A DNA stretch of 64,000 bases, taken from NCBI GenBank assembly GCA_035559535.1, contig DATMBG010000007.1, positions 1 through 64,000 of the forward strand, written 5' to 3'. Position 1 is the first letter of the stretch; the number at the start of each line of letters is the position of its first letter. The notes under the pieces are model-generated. The model made no database searches and was not told the DNA's origin. It saw only the letters and a list, made by a program, of their open reading frames with translations. Shown piece after piece: positions 50,263 to 59,391 of this stretch. This stretch comes from Candidatus Limnocylindrales bacterium. Lineage in GTDB: Bacteria; Moduliflexota; Moduliflexia; Moduliflexales; JAUQPW01. The translations under genes and the position numbers were made by a program.

Positions 50263-50435
50263 CCAAAGGGACCGAAGCAGCCGGGTGAATGATCTTAGTA
50301 AATACGATTTTTTATCTTAAAATTACTTAATATAAGATAATTATATTGACTTTATATAGATATGTCTTAGATTAAGTAGAAAGTAAATCATATAGGTCTT
50401 TCAGAGTCAGAAACCCCTGAAAAAAGGAGAAGCCT

Positions 50436-50672
50436 ATGATGGGAAAAGAACATGGTACCGGAACCCGGGATGAACTCTATGACTTAATAAGTGTACTTTA
50501 TCATATCCTACAAGGTGCCGAAACCTATCTGCAATACATCGAAGATGCCGAACAGACTGGAGATAACGAACTTGCTCAATTCTTTAGGGAGATACAACAG
50601 CAAGATCGACAGCGCGCAGATCGAGCTAAGGAATTACTCAGGCAGAGAATAAATCAAAGCAAGTCTCGTTAA
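50436..50672 (+). CDS. Small conserved helical (ferritin-like half) protein
   Basis: AGGAG RBS. YDLISVLYH.LQGAETY.QYI.DA...GD.EL.QFF pattern. Confidence 0.75.
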   Translation: MMGKEHGTGTRDELYDLISVLYHILQGAETYLQYIEDAEQTGDNELAQFFREIQQQDRQRADRAKELLRQRINQSKSR

Positions 50673-50733
50673 GCAAGCAATCCAGAGACAAGACCCAATG
50701 TCTAAAAAATAAACAATGGAAGGAGGAAGGAAG

Positions 50734-50967
50734 ATGGCGAGATGCGAAGTCTGTGGTAATGATTACGACAAGGCCTTTGAGGTCATCATGGCCGGTAACT
50801 CCCACACATTCGATAGCTTTGAATGTGCGATTCATGCCCTTGCTCCGGTTTGCAATCACTGTGGTTGTAAGATTGTCGGGCATGGAGTAGAAGCGGATGG
50901 CTCATTTTACTGCTGCGCCCATTGTGCCAACAAAGAAGGAGTCAGTGAAGTGCAGGATCGTGTTTAA
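50734..50967 (+). CDS. Small Cys-rich metal-binding protein (prokaryotic metallothionein-like)
   Basis: CEVCGNDYDK, FDSFECAIH.LAP.C.HCGC.IVGHG.E..G.FYCCAHCA. GGAGG RBS before ATG 50734. Confidence 0.82.
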   Translation: MARCEVCGNDYDKAFEVIMAGNSHTFDSFECAIHALAPVCNHCGCKIVGHGVEADGSFYCCAHCANKEGVSEVQDRV

Positions 50968-51149
50968 CAACTATCTTAAACCCCCTTTTTTGAACCTGCC
51001 TGAAAGTAGAGTGAAATGCCATTTTGTCCTCTGATTTTGGAATCCCCATTAACCGATCGTTTTGGGAATATCCTATAACCTACGTAAGGGCAGTTTCAAA
51101 GACTAAGCTGGGGTTTAAGTGGGTTCCAGGGGAAAAGGCCCTGGCCTAT

Positions 51150-51440
51150 CTCATCCCCTTCTCCTGAAGTTTCAGGAGAGGGGGAGCGAAGGGCATGGGC
51201 GCCAGCATAAGGGTAAAAAGCCCCGCCAGGGGTGAACCATCTATAACCCTGGCGCAAGTCGGGGGGTTCAGAAATTCGGAATTTTTTCAAGCCCCCTAAT
51301 CCTGTCCTGTTAAACAGGTTGCCCCGCCGGGGCTAACCTTCTTATCCTGGTGCGTAGGGAGTGAGGGAGTTAGGCGAGAAAAGAACCTACCTGCCCCCTC
51401 CCCCCCGTGGACGGGGGGAAGGGGGCAGGGTGAGGCGGAT
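51150..51440. repeat. Cluster of palindromic elements between convergent genes
   Basis: ccccttctcctgaagtttcaggagagggg, agccccgccagggg...gccccgccggggct (related to 61272-61338) and ccccctcccccc..ggggggaagggg. Confidence 0.7.
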
Positions 51441-51445
51441 GGGAG

Positions 51446-52432
51446 TTAAGCTGTAAGGAAAGAAGATTTCCTGATAAAAAGGAGTAAGAGCGCTAAACCC
51501 AGGGGAATCTGGAAGAACTCCTTTTCATGGACCACAGATTTCTCTCCCACAAGCTCGACATGCTTCAAAAGTCCCTGGAGTTCCTTACCTGAAATAACCC
51601 GGAGATATTTTCCATCGGTTTTAGCAGCCAGCTCCCTTAACGGAGATTCATTTAAACGGGTTAAAATTAATTCATTATTGATTCGGTACCAATCCTCAAA
51701 TTTTCCATCCTTTCCGTAGACAGGAATTTTAGAACCTTTCAGATTTCCCAAACCTATGGCAATGACTTTAATCTTTTTTGAAGAAAGCTTTTCCTGGATT
51801 GGTAAAAGATCTGGGAGGGCTACATCCCCTCCGTCGGAAAAAAGAAGAATTAATTTGCTTCGATCTTCTTCTTTGAAGAGATTATAGGCTTCTGAAAGGG
51901 CCAACAGGATGTTTGATCCTCCCCCCGGGGCCGATTCAATTTTTACCCAGTTTTGCAAAACAAATTTAAGAGCCACGAGATCATCGGTCAGATTAGACTG
52001 AACAAAACCCTCTCGCGCGAAGGTCACCAATCCCACCCGGTTACCTACCAGATCAGGGAAAAGTCCCATAAGCATATCCTTCGCTTTTTGTAATCGAGAG
52101 ACCTCATCTCCATAATCCTCTGCCGCCATGCTTCGCGATACATCCAGGACAGCAACTACATCCAGGGACCCTTCCCGGAGTTTAATCGAACCTCCCGGCC
52201 AGACAGGTCGGGCCAGGGTGATAATCAAGGCGATTACAGCTCCCATCAACAAACCCCCTTGAATCCACTGGTCCCAATTTTGCGAAAGGCGGGAGGTTTG
52301 TCTAATGAGGTTCTCCTGACCAAAGGTTCTTAATAAAGAGCGCCTCCGATAATAACCTATTCCTAGAACTCCTATCAGAATCAGGAGGAGTCCAAACCCC
52401 CAGAAAGCTTGCGGATAAAGAAATTGTATCAT
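51446..52432 (-). CDS. vWA domain protein (MxaL/BatB-like)
   Basis: LARP, MIDAS DVSRSM, LFSDGG, N- and C-terminal TMs. Probable start ATG 52432; the upstream extension is heptamer repeat. Confidence 0.85.
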   Translation of the reverse strand: MIQFLYPQAFWGFGLLLILIGVLGIGYYRRRSLLRTFGQENLIRQTSRLSQNWDQWIQGGLLMGAVIALIITLARPVWPGGSIKLREGSLDVVAVLDVSRSMAAEDYGDEVSRLQKAKDMLMGLFPDLVGNRVGLVTFAREGFVQSNLTDDLVALKFVLQNWVKIESAPGGGSNILLALSEAYNLFKEEDRSKLILLFSDGGDVALPDLLPIQEKLSSKKIKVIAIGLGNLKGSKIPVYGKDGKFEDWYRINNELILTRLNESPLRELAAKTDGKYLRVISGKELQGLLKHVELVGEKSVVHEKEFFQIPLGLALLLLFIRKSSFLTA

Positions 52433-52596
52433 TCGTCCATTGTCCGTTGTCTGTTGGCTGTTCCTCACCCCTTTGCTTTCCTTACCTCCTCTTCCCTTTC
52501 CCCAACTGGGGAGAAGGGGAACAAGGAGGTGAGGAAAGGTAAGGTAGCTCTTCCAGCGGAATATAAACCCTGGATAACAGACAAGGGACCGTTAAG

Positions 52597-53169
52597 TTAA
52601 ATTCCCCTTGGATTAGGACCGGTTCCCCAGCCTTTTCCTTTAGACGGGTCCTGGGCACTGTTAGCTTCTTCATTAGGTTCCTGCTGCATAGAAGCCTCTT
52701 GATTTCCCTCTCCAAAGGCTTTGGGATTAAAAACGTATAATCGTTCCAGATTATATTTTGTCTCCCAATCAGAAGGATCCAGTCGCAAAGCAGCCTGATA
52801 CATGGCAGCCGCCTCTTTGGGTTGTTCCATGACTGTTAAAATGTTACCCAAATTGTAATAGGCTTTAGCTTTCAAATCATCGGAGTTGCTTTCCTGGATA
52901 ACCTGGCGAAAATAATCTGAAGCACGTTTGAGGTTATCAGCTTTATAAGCTCGAACTCCCAGGTTGTAATGAAGGATATCCTTCGAGGCAAATAAGTTCT
53001 TTTCAGCCTTTTCATAATCTTGATTATCAAAACGATTCTCCTGGGTAGCCTGATTGCCTTTTTTAATTAGATCCAGATAGCCGAATTTGTAGTAAATCCC
53101 AGAAATAAACAATACCCACCCCCCAACGAATAGGATAATTTGTAAAGCTCGTTTTTTTCCACCTGACAT
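52597..53169 (-). CDS. TPR protein (MxaK/BatC-like)
   Basis: AYYNLGN, Y.AALRLDP.DWETKYNLE, N-terminal TM. Confidence 0.8.
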   Translation of the reverse strand: MSGGKKRALQIILFVGGWVLFISGIYYKFGYLDLIKKGNQATQENRFDNQDYEKAEKNLFASKDILHYNLGVRAYKADNLKRASDYFRQVIQESNSDDLKAKAYYNLGNILTVMEQPKEAAAMYQAALRLDPSDWETKYNLERLYVFNPKAFGEGNQEASMQQEPNEEANSAQDPSKGKGWGTGPNPRGI

Positions 53170-53253
53170 AGAATATCTCTATGATGACCGATGGGGGATG
53201 AGAAGCAAAGGAAGTCAAGGACTCATCCCCCATAGCTTATCACTTAATTAAGA

Positions 53254-54174
53254 TTAAGGAAACTCCATCATAAGGGTATTTCCAAGGATCTCAGCCAAGA
53301 GGAGTAAAATGAAACCCACCAGGGTAAACACGGCATAAAACTCAACAGATTTAATCTCCGTTTTTTCCACCGTGATAGCAGATTGTTCTAACCGATTGAT
53401 TTCATCAAAACCCTGACTGAACTCGGCTTCCTTTTGAATATTGATAAATTTTCCACCAACGTTTTTGACAATATCCAACATATCCCGTGCGTTCGTTAAT
53501 TGAATTCCCATCAAGTAAAAACGAATCCCTTGGTGGATAAGGTTTTGAACGATCTCTGCTTTAGCTTGAGGAGGAATGGGAGCATCTCCATCGGATAAGA
53601 AAATAAGGACTTTACTTTGAGATTGACCCAACTGTTCAAAGTGTTGAAAAGCCGTTTTGAAGGGTTTTTCAAAATTAGTTCCACCGTGGAAACGGTTCCC
53701 GATGTCTTGGAGTTTTTCATCGATGATATGGAGATCTGTCGTCAAAGGCCAACTCCCATAAGCCTCATCTCCAAAGACAATCAAAGCAATGCGACTTCCT
53801 TCCTGTTTTTTCACAAACTCCCGGGCTGCTTCCCGTGCAATATCGATCTTTCTCTTTCGGCTTTCTCCATCTAAACCCATTTCCATACTATAGGAGAGAT
53901 CCATAACCAAAATGATATCTCGGGCTTCCAGTTGTTTAAACTCTTCGTACTGGTGCTTTTGCGGTCGAGCCAGGGCTACAAGTAAGAAAGCGATGGCAAG
54001 GAGGAATAAAACCGTCGGCAGCTTTACCCAAAAGTTAGATCCCAGCGTTTTTTTTAACAGATTTAAGTTAGAATACCCTATAAAAGTTTTTCGCTTTACC
54101 AGAAAGAGTAAGGGAATTAGAAGAGCAACCAAAAGCAGGTAAGGGTCTGCCAATGTTAAATGAGTTAAGGTCAT
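53254..54174 (-). CDS. vWA domain protein (MxaC/BatA-like)
   Basis: ALARP, MIDAS DLSYSM, GGT, FLSDG, I..LE before the C-terminal TM. Confidence 0.85.
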   Translation of the reverse strand: MTLTHLTLADPYLLLVALLIPLLFLVKRKTFIGYSNLNLLKKTLGSNFWVKLPTVLFLLAIAFLLVALARPQKHQYEEFKQLEARDIILVMDLSYSMEMGLDGESRKRKIDIAREAAREFVKKQEGSRIALIVFGDEAYGSWPLTTDLHIIDEKLQDIGNRFHGGTNFEKPFKTAFQHFEQLGQSQSKVLIFLSDGDAPIPPQAKAEIVQNLIHQGIRFYLMGIQLTNARDMLDIVKNVGGKFINIQKEAEFSQGFDEINRLEQSAITVEKTEIKSVEFYAVFTLVGFILLLLAEILGNTLMMEFP

Positions 54175-54177
54175 AAT

Positions 54178-55398
54178 TTATCTGGTGGACACGGATGGCA
54201 GTGGCGACTTAGGTTTTTTCCTTGAACGAATAAAGGTTGAAATCGCAACTACCTTTCTTTCTTTCCGATTTTCCACATCTTTCTGCTCCGATGCTTTATC
54301 CTGAGTTTGTGGAGGAACCCCGAGATTCCTGGTTTTAGAAACAGTGGATATCTGTTTAATTAATTCTTTCACTTGTTTAATGGTCTCTTCTTGCTCTCGC
54401 TTCCCCGGGATATATCCTTCATAAAGTACTGCATGACATTTTCCAAGAACCTCTAAAATCTCGCTTTGATAAGGTTTTCCTTGTAGAGCTTCCTTTAACT
54501 GGAGAAAGGTTTTTGTAATGACGGGAATATCATACACTTCTCCCAGGTAGGTTCGGAAAGCTAAACTTGTTTTAGACAAAAGATCCTCCACCCTTCCGCC
54601 ATTAATTACATATTGTTCCCAGGCTTCGGTAATCGTTTGAAGCGTTCTTTCTTCCAGGGAAAGTTTTTTCTGCAACCGAACTTTTCCTGCTCGTATCGCA
54701 TACCATTTCCAGGTCCAGGTCGAGAGAGTACCGACCCATAAAAGAGCTCCCAGCAGAATACCCCCCCAGGCTAGAGGAGAATGTTCTTCACTCATCACCC
54801 CCTTAATACCCTTCATGTGACTAAAATAGGTGGCCGTACGAGAGAAGGAAATGGAGTAGGGCATAGAGATAACGTTCTTATATTGATATTCCCCTGATAG
54901 AGCATTCACGCCATCTGGGGTTGCATAGAGGATATCTAAAGGGGGAAACTCCAGGGTATCCACGGCCAGTATCGGCTTAAAAGTCTGTAAGTTAAAATTA
55001 ATTCGATAGATTTTCGTATCCCGGACTTCCTCGGTATGAACTTCTAGATTACGAACCTCAAAGGATCCATGGACTTCTCCCTTATGGGGTAAATTTACCA
55101 AATCCAAAACTACATCCTTCTTAGCCTCGATAACCAACGTTAGGGGTATCTCGTCTCCAATATGATAACCAAAATTCCGTTTCATTTGAAAATAAGGATA
55201 AATAGGGAACTTTGAATCTTCAGCTTTAGATTCTGATTCCTTAGGAAGAACTGTATCCGAAGGATCTGAGGGACCTAACTGATTTTGTGTAAGCTTATGA
55301 GGGAAACCCAGGGCCAAAGGAAATAGAATCTGAGAGGACGGTAATAACGTCGTTACCCCTAAAGATAGAAGTAAAATACCTAAAGTAGTCTTTCTCAT
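54178..55398 (-). CDS. MxaA/BatD-like single-pass membrane protein
   Basis: Signal peptide, RNFGYHIGD motif (recalls the MxaA R.FGY..GD pattern), TM, helical tail, and gene position. Confidence 0.55.
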   Translation of the reverse strand: MRKTTLGILLLSLGVTTLLPSSQILFPLALGFPHKLTQNQLGPSDPSDTVLPKESESKAEDSKFPIYPYFQMKRNFGYHIGDEIPLTLVIEAKKDVVLDLVNLPHKGEVHGSFEVRNLEVHTEEVRDTKIYRINFNLQTFKPILAVDTLEFPPLDILYATPDGVNALSGEYQYKNVISMPYSISFSRTATYFSHMKGIKGVMSEEHSPLAWGGILLGALLWVGTLSTWTWKWYAIRAGKVRLQKKLSLEERTLQTITEAWEQYVINGGRVEDLLSKTSLAFRTYLGEVYDIPVITKTFLQLKEALQGKPYQSEILEVLGKCHAVLYEGYIPGKREQEETIKQVKELIKQISTVSKTRNLGVPPQTQDKASEQKDVENRKERKVVAISTFIRSRKKPKSPLPSVSTR

Positions 55399-55412
55399 GA
55401 TCTTCTTCTCCG

Positions 55413-56291
55413 TTATGATCTTTTCCTCCGCCTGGAGAGAAACAACTTGGTTATTTCTAACAGATAATCCGTTTTAGGATCGATCCAAAGGTAATCCAAG
55501 TTTAACTGTTTAAAAAGTGAATTTAAATCTTCTTCTCGTTTCTTGGCTTCTGCTTGAAAAGTTGCCCTATTTTTCTTTGTGAACCATAGCATTCTTTCCA
55601 TACCCGTTTCTAAATCCCTCAACCGAAGTCCTCCCCGATACTGTGGAAGTTCACGTTCACGGGGGTCATGGAGGACCAGAGGAATTACATCGTGGCGTGA
55701 ACCCATAACTTTTAAAGCCTTTTTTATTTCGGCCAACTCTTCCAGGAAATCAGACAACCAGAATACCAAGGCACGTTTTGCAGGCAAGCTTTCAAATACA
55801 CTGGAAACCTTTCCTTGGGTACCATGTTGAGTTTTAAAAGATAGAACATGTTGTGGAATCAAAAAATTGTAAGCTTTTTGGCGCTGAGGTTTTAAATGAA
55901 TTTCTATTTTCACCGTATAGCCGATGAGTCCGATGGGGTCACCTACACGCCAGGCAGAATAAGCCAAAGTCGCCGCAATTTCAGCCGCTAATCTTCGCTT
56001 GGAAACTCTTTCTGATCCAAACTCCATCGACTTACTCAGGTCAACCACTAAGATTAGATAGAGTTCACGTTCCTCGATATACGTGTTTTTTAAAATGTGT
56101 TGACCTCCGATTCGAGCCGTTGCTGCCCAGTTAATCCATCGAGGATTCTCACCCAAATCATATCGGCTGATCTTATCAAACTCCAAACCCCCTCCTTTGT
56201 ACACACTGAACCAGGAACCCGGACATACTTGCGTAGTATACCAGTTGATATAATAATCGATTTTCGAGACTTTTTTCAGAATTTCTTCCAT
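55413..56291 (-). CDS. DUF58 domain protein (MxaS-like)
   Basis: G.G.EF....Y..G...R.INW.ATAR, EERE, VDLSKSM.FG, LSDF, DPRE..LP. Confidence 0.9.
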   Translation of the reverse strand: MEEILKKVSKIDYYINWYTTQVCPGSWFSVYKGGGLEFDKISRYDLGENPRWINWAATARIGGQHILKNTYIEERELYLILVVDLSKSMEFGSERVSKRRLAAEIAATLAYSAWRVGDPIGLIGYTVKIEIHLKPQRQKAYNFLIPQHVLSFKTQHGTQGKVSSVFESLPAKRALVFWLSDFLEELAEIKKALKVMGSRHDVIPLVLHDPRERELPQYRGGLRLRDLETGMERMLWFTKKNRATFQAEAKKREEDLNSLFKQLNLDYLWIDPKTDYLLEITKLFLSRRRKRS

Positions 56292-56343
56292 AGAACTTAC
56301 CTCTCGTAGGGAGTTTTCATAAGAGAGATGGCTTCCCTGATCC

Positions 56344-57321
56344 TTAGGGGACAGGAATCTTACTTAAAACATGATCCAGGATCTCATCTGGTGTAACTCC
56401 TTCCATTTCAGCCGAGTAGGTTAAGATCATACGATGACGGAGCACATCCTTGGCAGTACGCTGAACATCTTCTGGATAGACAAATTTCCGTCCTTCCAGA
56501 AAAGCTTGTACGCGAGCCACATCTCGCAAACCCAGGATTCCTCTGGGTGAGACCCCAATTCTTATTTTCCCTTCTATTTTGTCCAGCTTATATTCCACGG
56601 GATTTCGAGTCGCACGACACAAATCCACCATATATCGATGGGCATATTCTTCGACCTTTACCTCTGCTTTGATCTTCTCCCGTAAGCGGACAACCTCCTC
56701 CGGGGAGAAGACCTGTTGAATCTCTGCTAAACGATCCCGGCGGTCTAAAAGGGTATTTTCCAACATGTGGATCTCATCTTCTCTAGAAGGATAGTTCACG
56801 AGAAGCTTTAAAAGGAACCTATCCAATTGAGCCTCCGGTAAAGGATAGGTACCCTCGTGCTCGATAGGATTTTGAGTTGCCAGGACCATAAAGGGATCTG
56901 GAAGTTGAAAAGTCTCTTTCCCCATAATGGTCACCTGACGTTCCTGCATGGCCTGGAGAAGAGCTGCCTGAGTTTTGGCAGCCGCTCGATTAATCTCATC
57001 CACTAAAATCAGATTAGCCGATATGATGGGGCCTTTTTCGACTTCAAACTTGCCGTCTGTATAGATATAGGTACCCACAATATCACTGGGCATCATGTCC
57101 GGAACCATCTGGATACGCTGAAACGCACCCCCAATAGTTTTTCCCAAAGTGGCTACCAGTAAGGTTTTAGCCAGTCCGGGTACTCCTTCTAATAGCACAT
57201 GCCCATCGGCCAGAAGTGCGGTTAAAACTTTCCAGATGAGGGAAGTCTGCCCAATGATTATTTTCTCGATTTCATTAACAACCTGATGAACCTTTTCCAA
57301 TTCATCTTTCATAAACGCCAT
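56344..57321 (-). CDS. moxR: MoxR family AAA+ ATPase
   Basis: HVLLEGVPGLAKT, DEINRA..KTQAALLQAMQE, ATQNPIEHEGTYPLPEAQLDRF, SPRG. Confidence 0.95.
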   Translation of the reverse strand: MAFMKDELEKVHQVVNEIEKIIIGQTSLIWKVLTALLADGHVLLEGVPGLAKTLLVATLGKTIGGAFQRIQMVPDMMPSDIVGTYIYTDGKFEVEKGPIISANLILVDEINRAAAKTQAALLQAMQERQVTIMGKETFQLPDPFMVLATQNPIEHEGTYPLPEAQLDRFLLKLLVNYPSREDEIHMLENTLLDRRDRLAEIQQVFSPEEVVRLREKIKAEVKVEEYAHRYMVDLCRATRNPVEYKLDKIEGKIRIGVSPRGILGLRDVARVQAFLEGRKFVYPEDVQRTAKDVLRHRMILTYSAEMEGVTPDEILDHVLSKIPVP

Positions 57322-57504
57322 CCTTTTTAAATCTTAATCGAAGGGCGAGAAAGAGATAGAAATATCTAAAGTCAGGGAAAGTCGAGATGGAGCCTTAACC
57401 GATCGGTAAGTGGGAGAGGTAGGATTCAATAAGCTATTCTAACTTCTATTTTTCTCGCATTCTCTTCCTGTTCAATTTCTGTTTTAGTTCCCTGCAACTT
57501 TATA

Positions 57505-57520
57505 TGCAAAGCAGATACCA
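57505..57520 (-). promoter_or_regulatory. sigma54-type (-24/-12) promoter for the moxR operon
   Basis: Minus strand TGGTAT-ctgct-TTGCA, with correct GG-N10-GC spacing, about 185 bp upstream of the moxR ATG. Confidence 0.6.
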
Positions 57521-58010
57521 AATCCAAAGGTAAATCTTGAAAAGATCTGATGTCCCCATTTACCATACACAGAGAAGAGCCTCGGGAGAATAAAAAGCTG
57601 GCATCTATGATCTAGTTTTTAGACGGCTTATACTAACCCTTATGAAGAGGTTACCTGCTTCCCTCCCGGTGGGGATAGCCAGGATGGGGCTACTTCCTAT
57701 CATTTATATTTTTTTCAACGCCGATTGATATTAGACATTTTGGCAAAGAAAGGTTAAACTAACTCTCCGGAATTTCCTAGATAGAGAAAACCCCCCAGAC
57801 TCCCAGGGGTCGCCCCATAGTCGGAAAGTCAGGTATTCCAAGACCCTGGGCCTTCCTATGAATTATCTAAAACTTATCGTGCAGCACCTATGCTGCCCTT
57901 TACAAACCCGTAAGAAACAGGTTTCATTCCAGGATCTAAAATTGAATCCTTATTGTGGAATTAATAGCCAGACGGGAAAAGAACCCAAAACCCATTTTGA
58001 AGCCGGGAAA

Positions 58011-58177
58011 AGTTTTGCTCTATTTTTAGGCAATTTTGAGGGGTAAGGATTACAAAAATAGCTTCCTTTCCTGCACCTATAAACCTGGGGCTTAAGGTTC
58101 TGCCTTATTTTTAAGCCATTTTGAAAGGGATGGATTACAAAATAACCCCACTTTCTGCACTACAAATCTGAGGCTCC
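58011..58177. repeat. Imperfect tandem duplication, period ~85 bp
   Basis: tatttttaggcaattttgaggggtaaggattacaaaaata...ctgcac versus tatttttaagccattttgaaagggatggattacaaaata...ctgcac. Confidence 0.75.
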
Positions 58178-58431
58178 TTGTCAGCAGTGGTCCACAGACG
58201 TCACCGGGAAGGATATGGTTTCAATTTGAAACATTCCAAGCTCCTGGATTCTGCTAGGAACACTAAACCCGATGATTTTGACTTATAGAAAGTCCTAGAT
58301 TTTAGGGTTTTAAATTTGGAGAGGTTTATTTTACTTTAAAATAACTCTAAAATAAATTCAAATGATCCATTTATCTAGATAAGCTCAAAAATTACGACGA
58401 TTTAATCTAGAGGGGTATAAAATGACTCTTT

Positions 58432-59352
58432 TTATTTTTGCTCCCTGGCAAGTTCTGCGGCAACCGCATCTGCACCCTGGGCGATGAAAAGTTCTCCCTT
58501 TTTATCGGGTAAGAACTCTTCCATTTTAGCTACAAGCTTCTGCTTGGCGTCATCTGTTAACTCAGGCTGTCCCTTGGCCAGAGACTTTACTGCTTCTCGA
58601 TAGGTCTCGAGGTACGATTTTTGCCAATCCAGCATTTCCAGGGAACCTGGCTCACCATGACCGGGATAAATCCTCTGGACATCTTTGAGTTCTGTTTGGA
58701 GCCGATGGATATTTTTTAACCATTGGGTACTGTGACCGTCGGCAAGATAAGCATGGACTTTGTTCATTACCACATCTCCGATAAAAGCGATTCTTTCCTC
58801 TCCTTCTATCATCCAGTAAGAATCGCTATGAGACTCTCCTGGACCTAAATCATGGACGGTGAAAGTAACGCCTCCAAAGGTCACGGATTCTCCATCCTTT
58901 AAAGTTTTAGAAGGGAAAACCCTTTTTTTCGGCCATTCCTCTCCAAGCATGGCACGTCCTCGCTCTTCTCCTGCAGCATCATAATAGGCTTTCATGGCCT
59001 TATCGACTCCTACCGTTGAGATTACGGGCACGCCATCTGTACCTATCAACTCAGCCAAACCATTGCAATGGTCTGGATGGCCATGGGTAAGGAGGACGGC
59101 CAGAAGTGGCTTTCTCAAAAATTCCAGATTTGCCCTTAAGGCTTTGCCATCGGAAACCGTTAAGGTCGCGTCTATGGCCACAATACCTTTTTCAGTTTCT
59201 ACCAGATAGGCATTTACAAAGACCCGGGTTTCATCGGCAAATCTATGAACCCGAGGTTTGAAACCCCCATGGACGGTGGGATTGAAAGAAATTATCCCGG
59301 TTAACAGGATGGGAAATATCAGAAGTCTACGGACAAGGTATTTTCTATTCAT
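58432..59352 (-). CDS. Exported MBL-fold metallo-hydrolase (paralog of 29561-30481)
   Basis: LTHGHPDH, and shared blocks VHDLGPGESHSDSYW and YPGHGEPGSLEMLDW. Confidence 0.9.
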   Translation of the reverse strand: MNRKYLVRRLLIFPILLTGIISFNPTVHGGFKPRVHRFADETRVFVNAYLVETEKGIVAIDATLTVSDGKALRANLEFLRKPLLAVLLTHGHPDHCNGLAELIGTDGVPVISTVGVDKAMKAYYDAAGEERGRAMLGEEWPKKRVFPSKTLKDGESVTFGGVTFTVHDLGPGESHSDSYWMIEGEERIAFIGDVVMNKVHAYLADGHSTQWLKNIHRLQTELKDVQRIYPGHGEPGSLEMLDWQKSYLETYREAVKSLAKGQPELTDDAKQKLVAKMEEFLPDKKGELFIAQGADAVAAELAREQK

Positions 59353-59391
59353 AAAACTTTTAAGCTATCTCGGATGGCCGAACCTTTACCT

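Noticed and set aside
58011..58235. Possible CRISPR array (repeats plus GTTTCAATTTGAAAC)
   Set aside because: Only two degenerate ~85-bp units similar along their whole length, no unique spacers and no cas genes.
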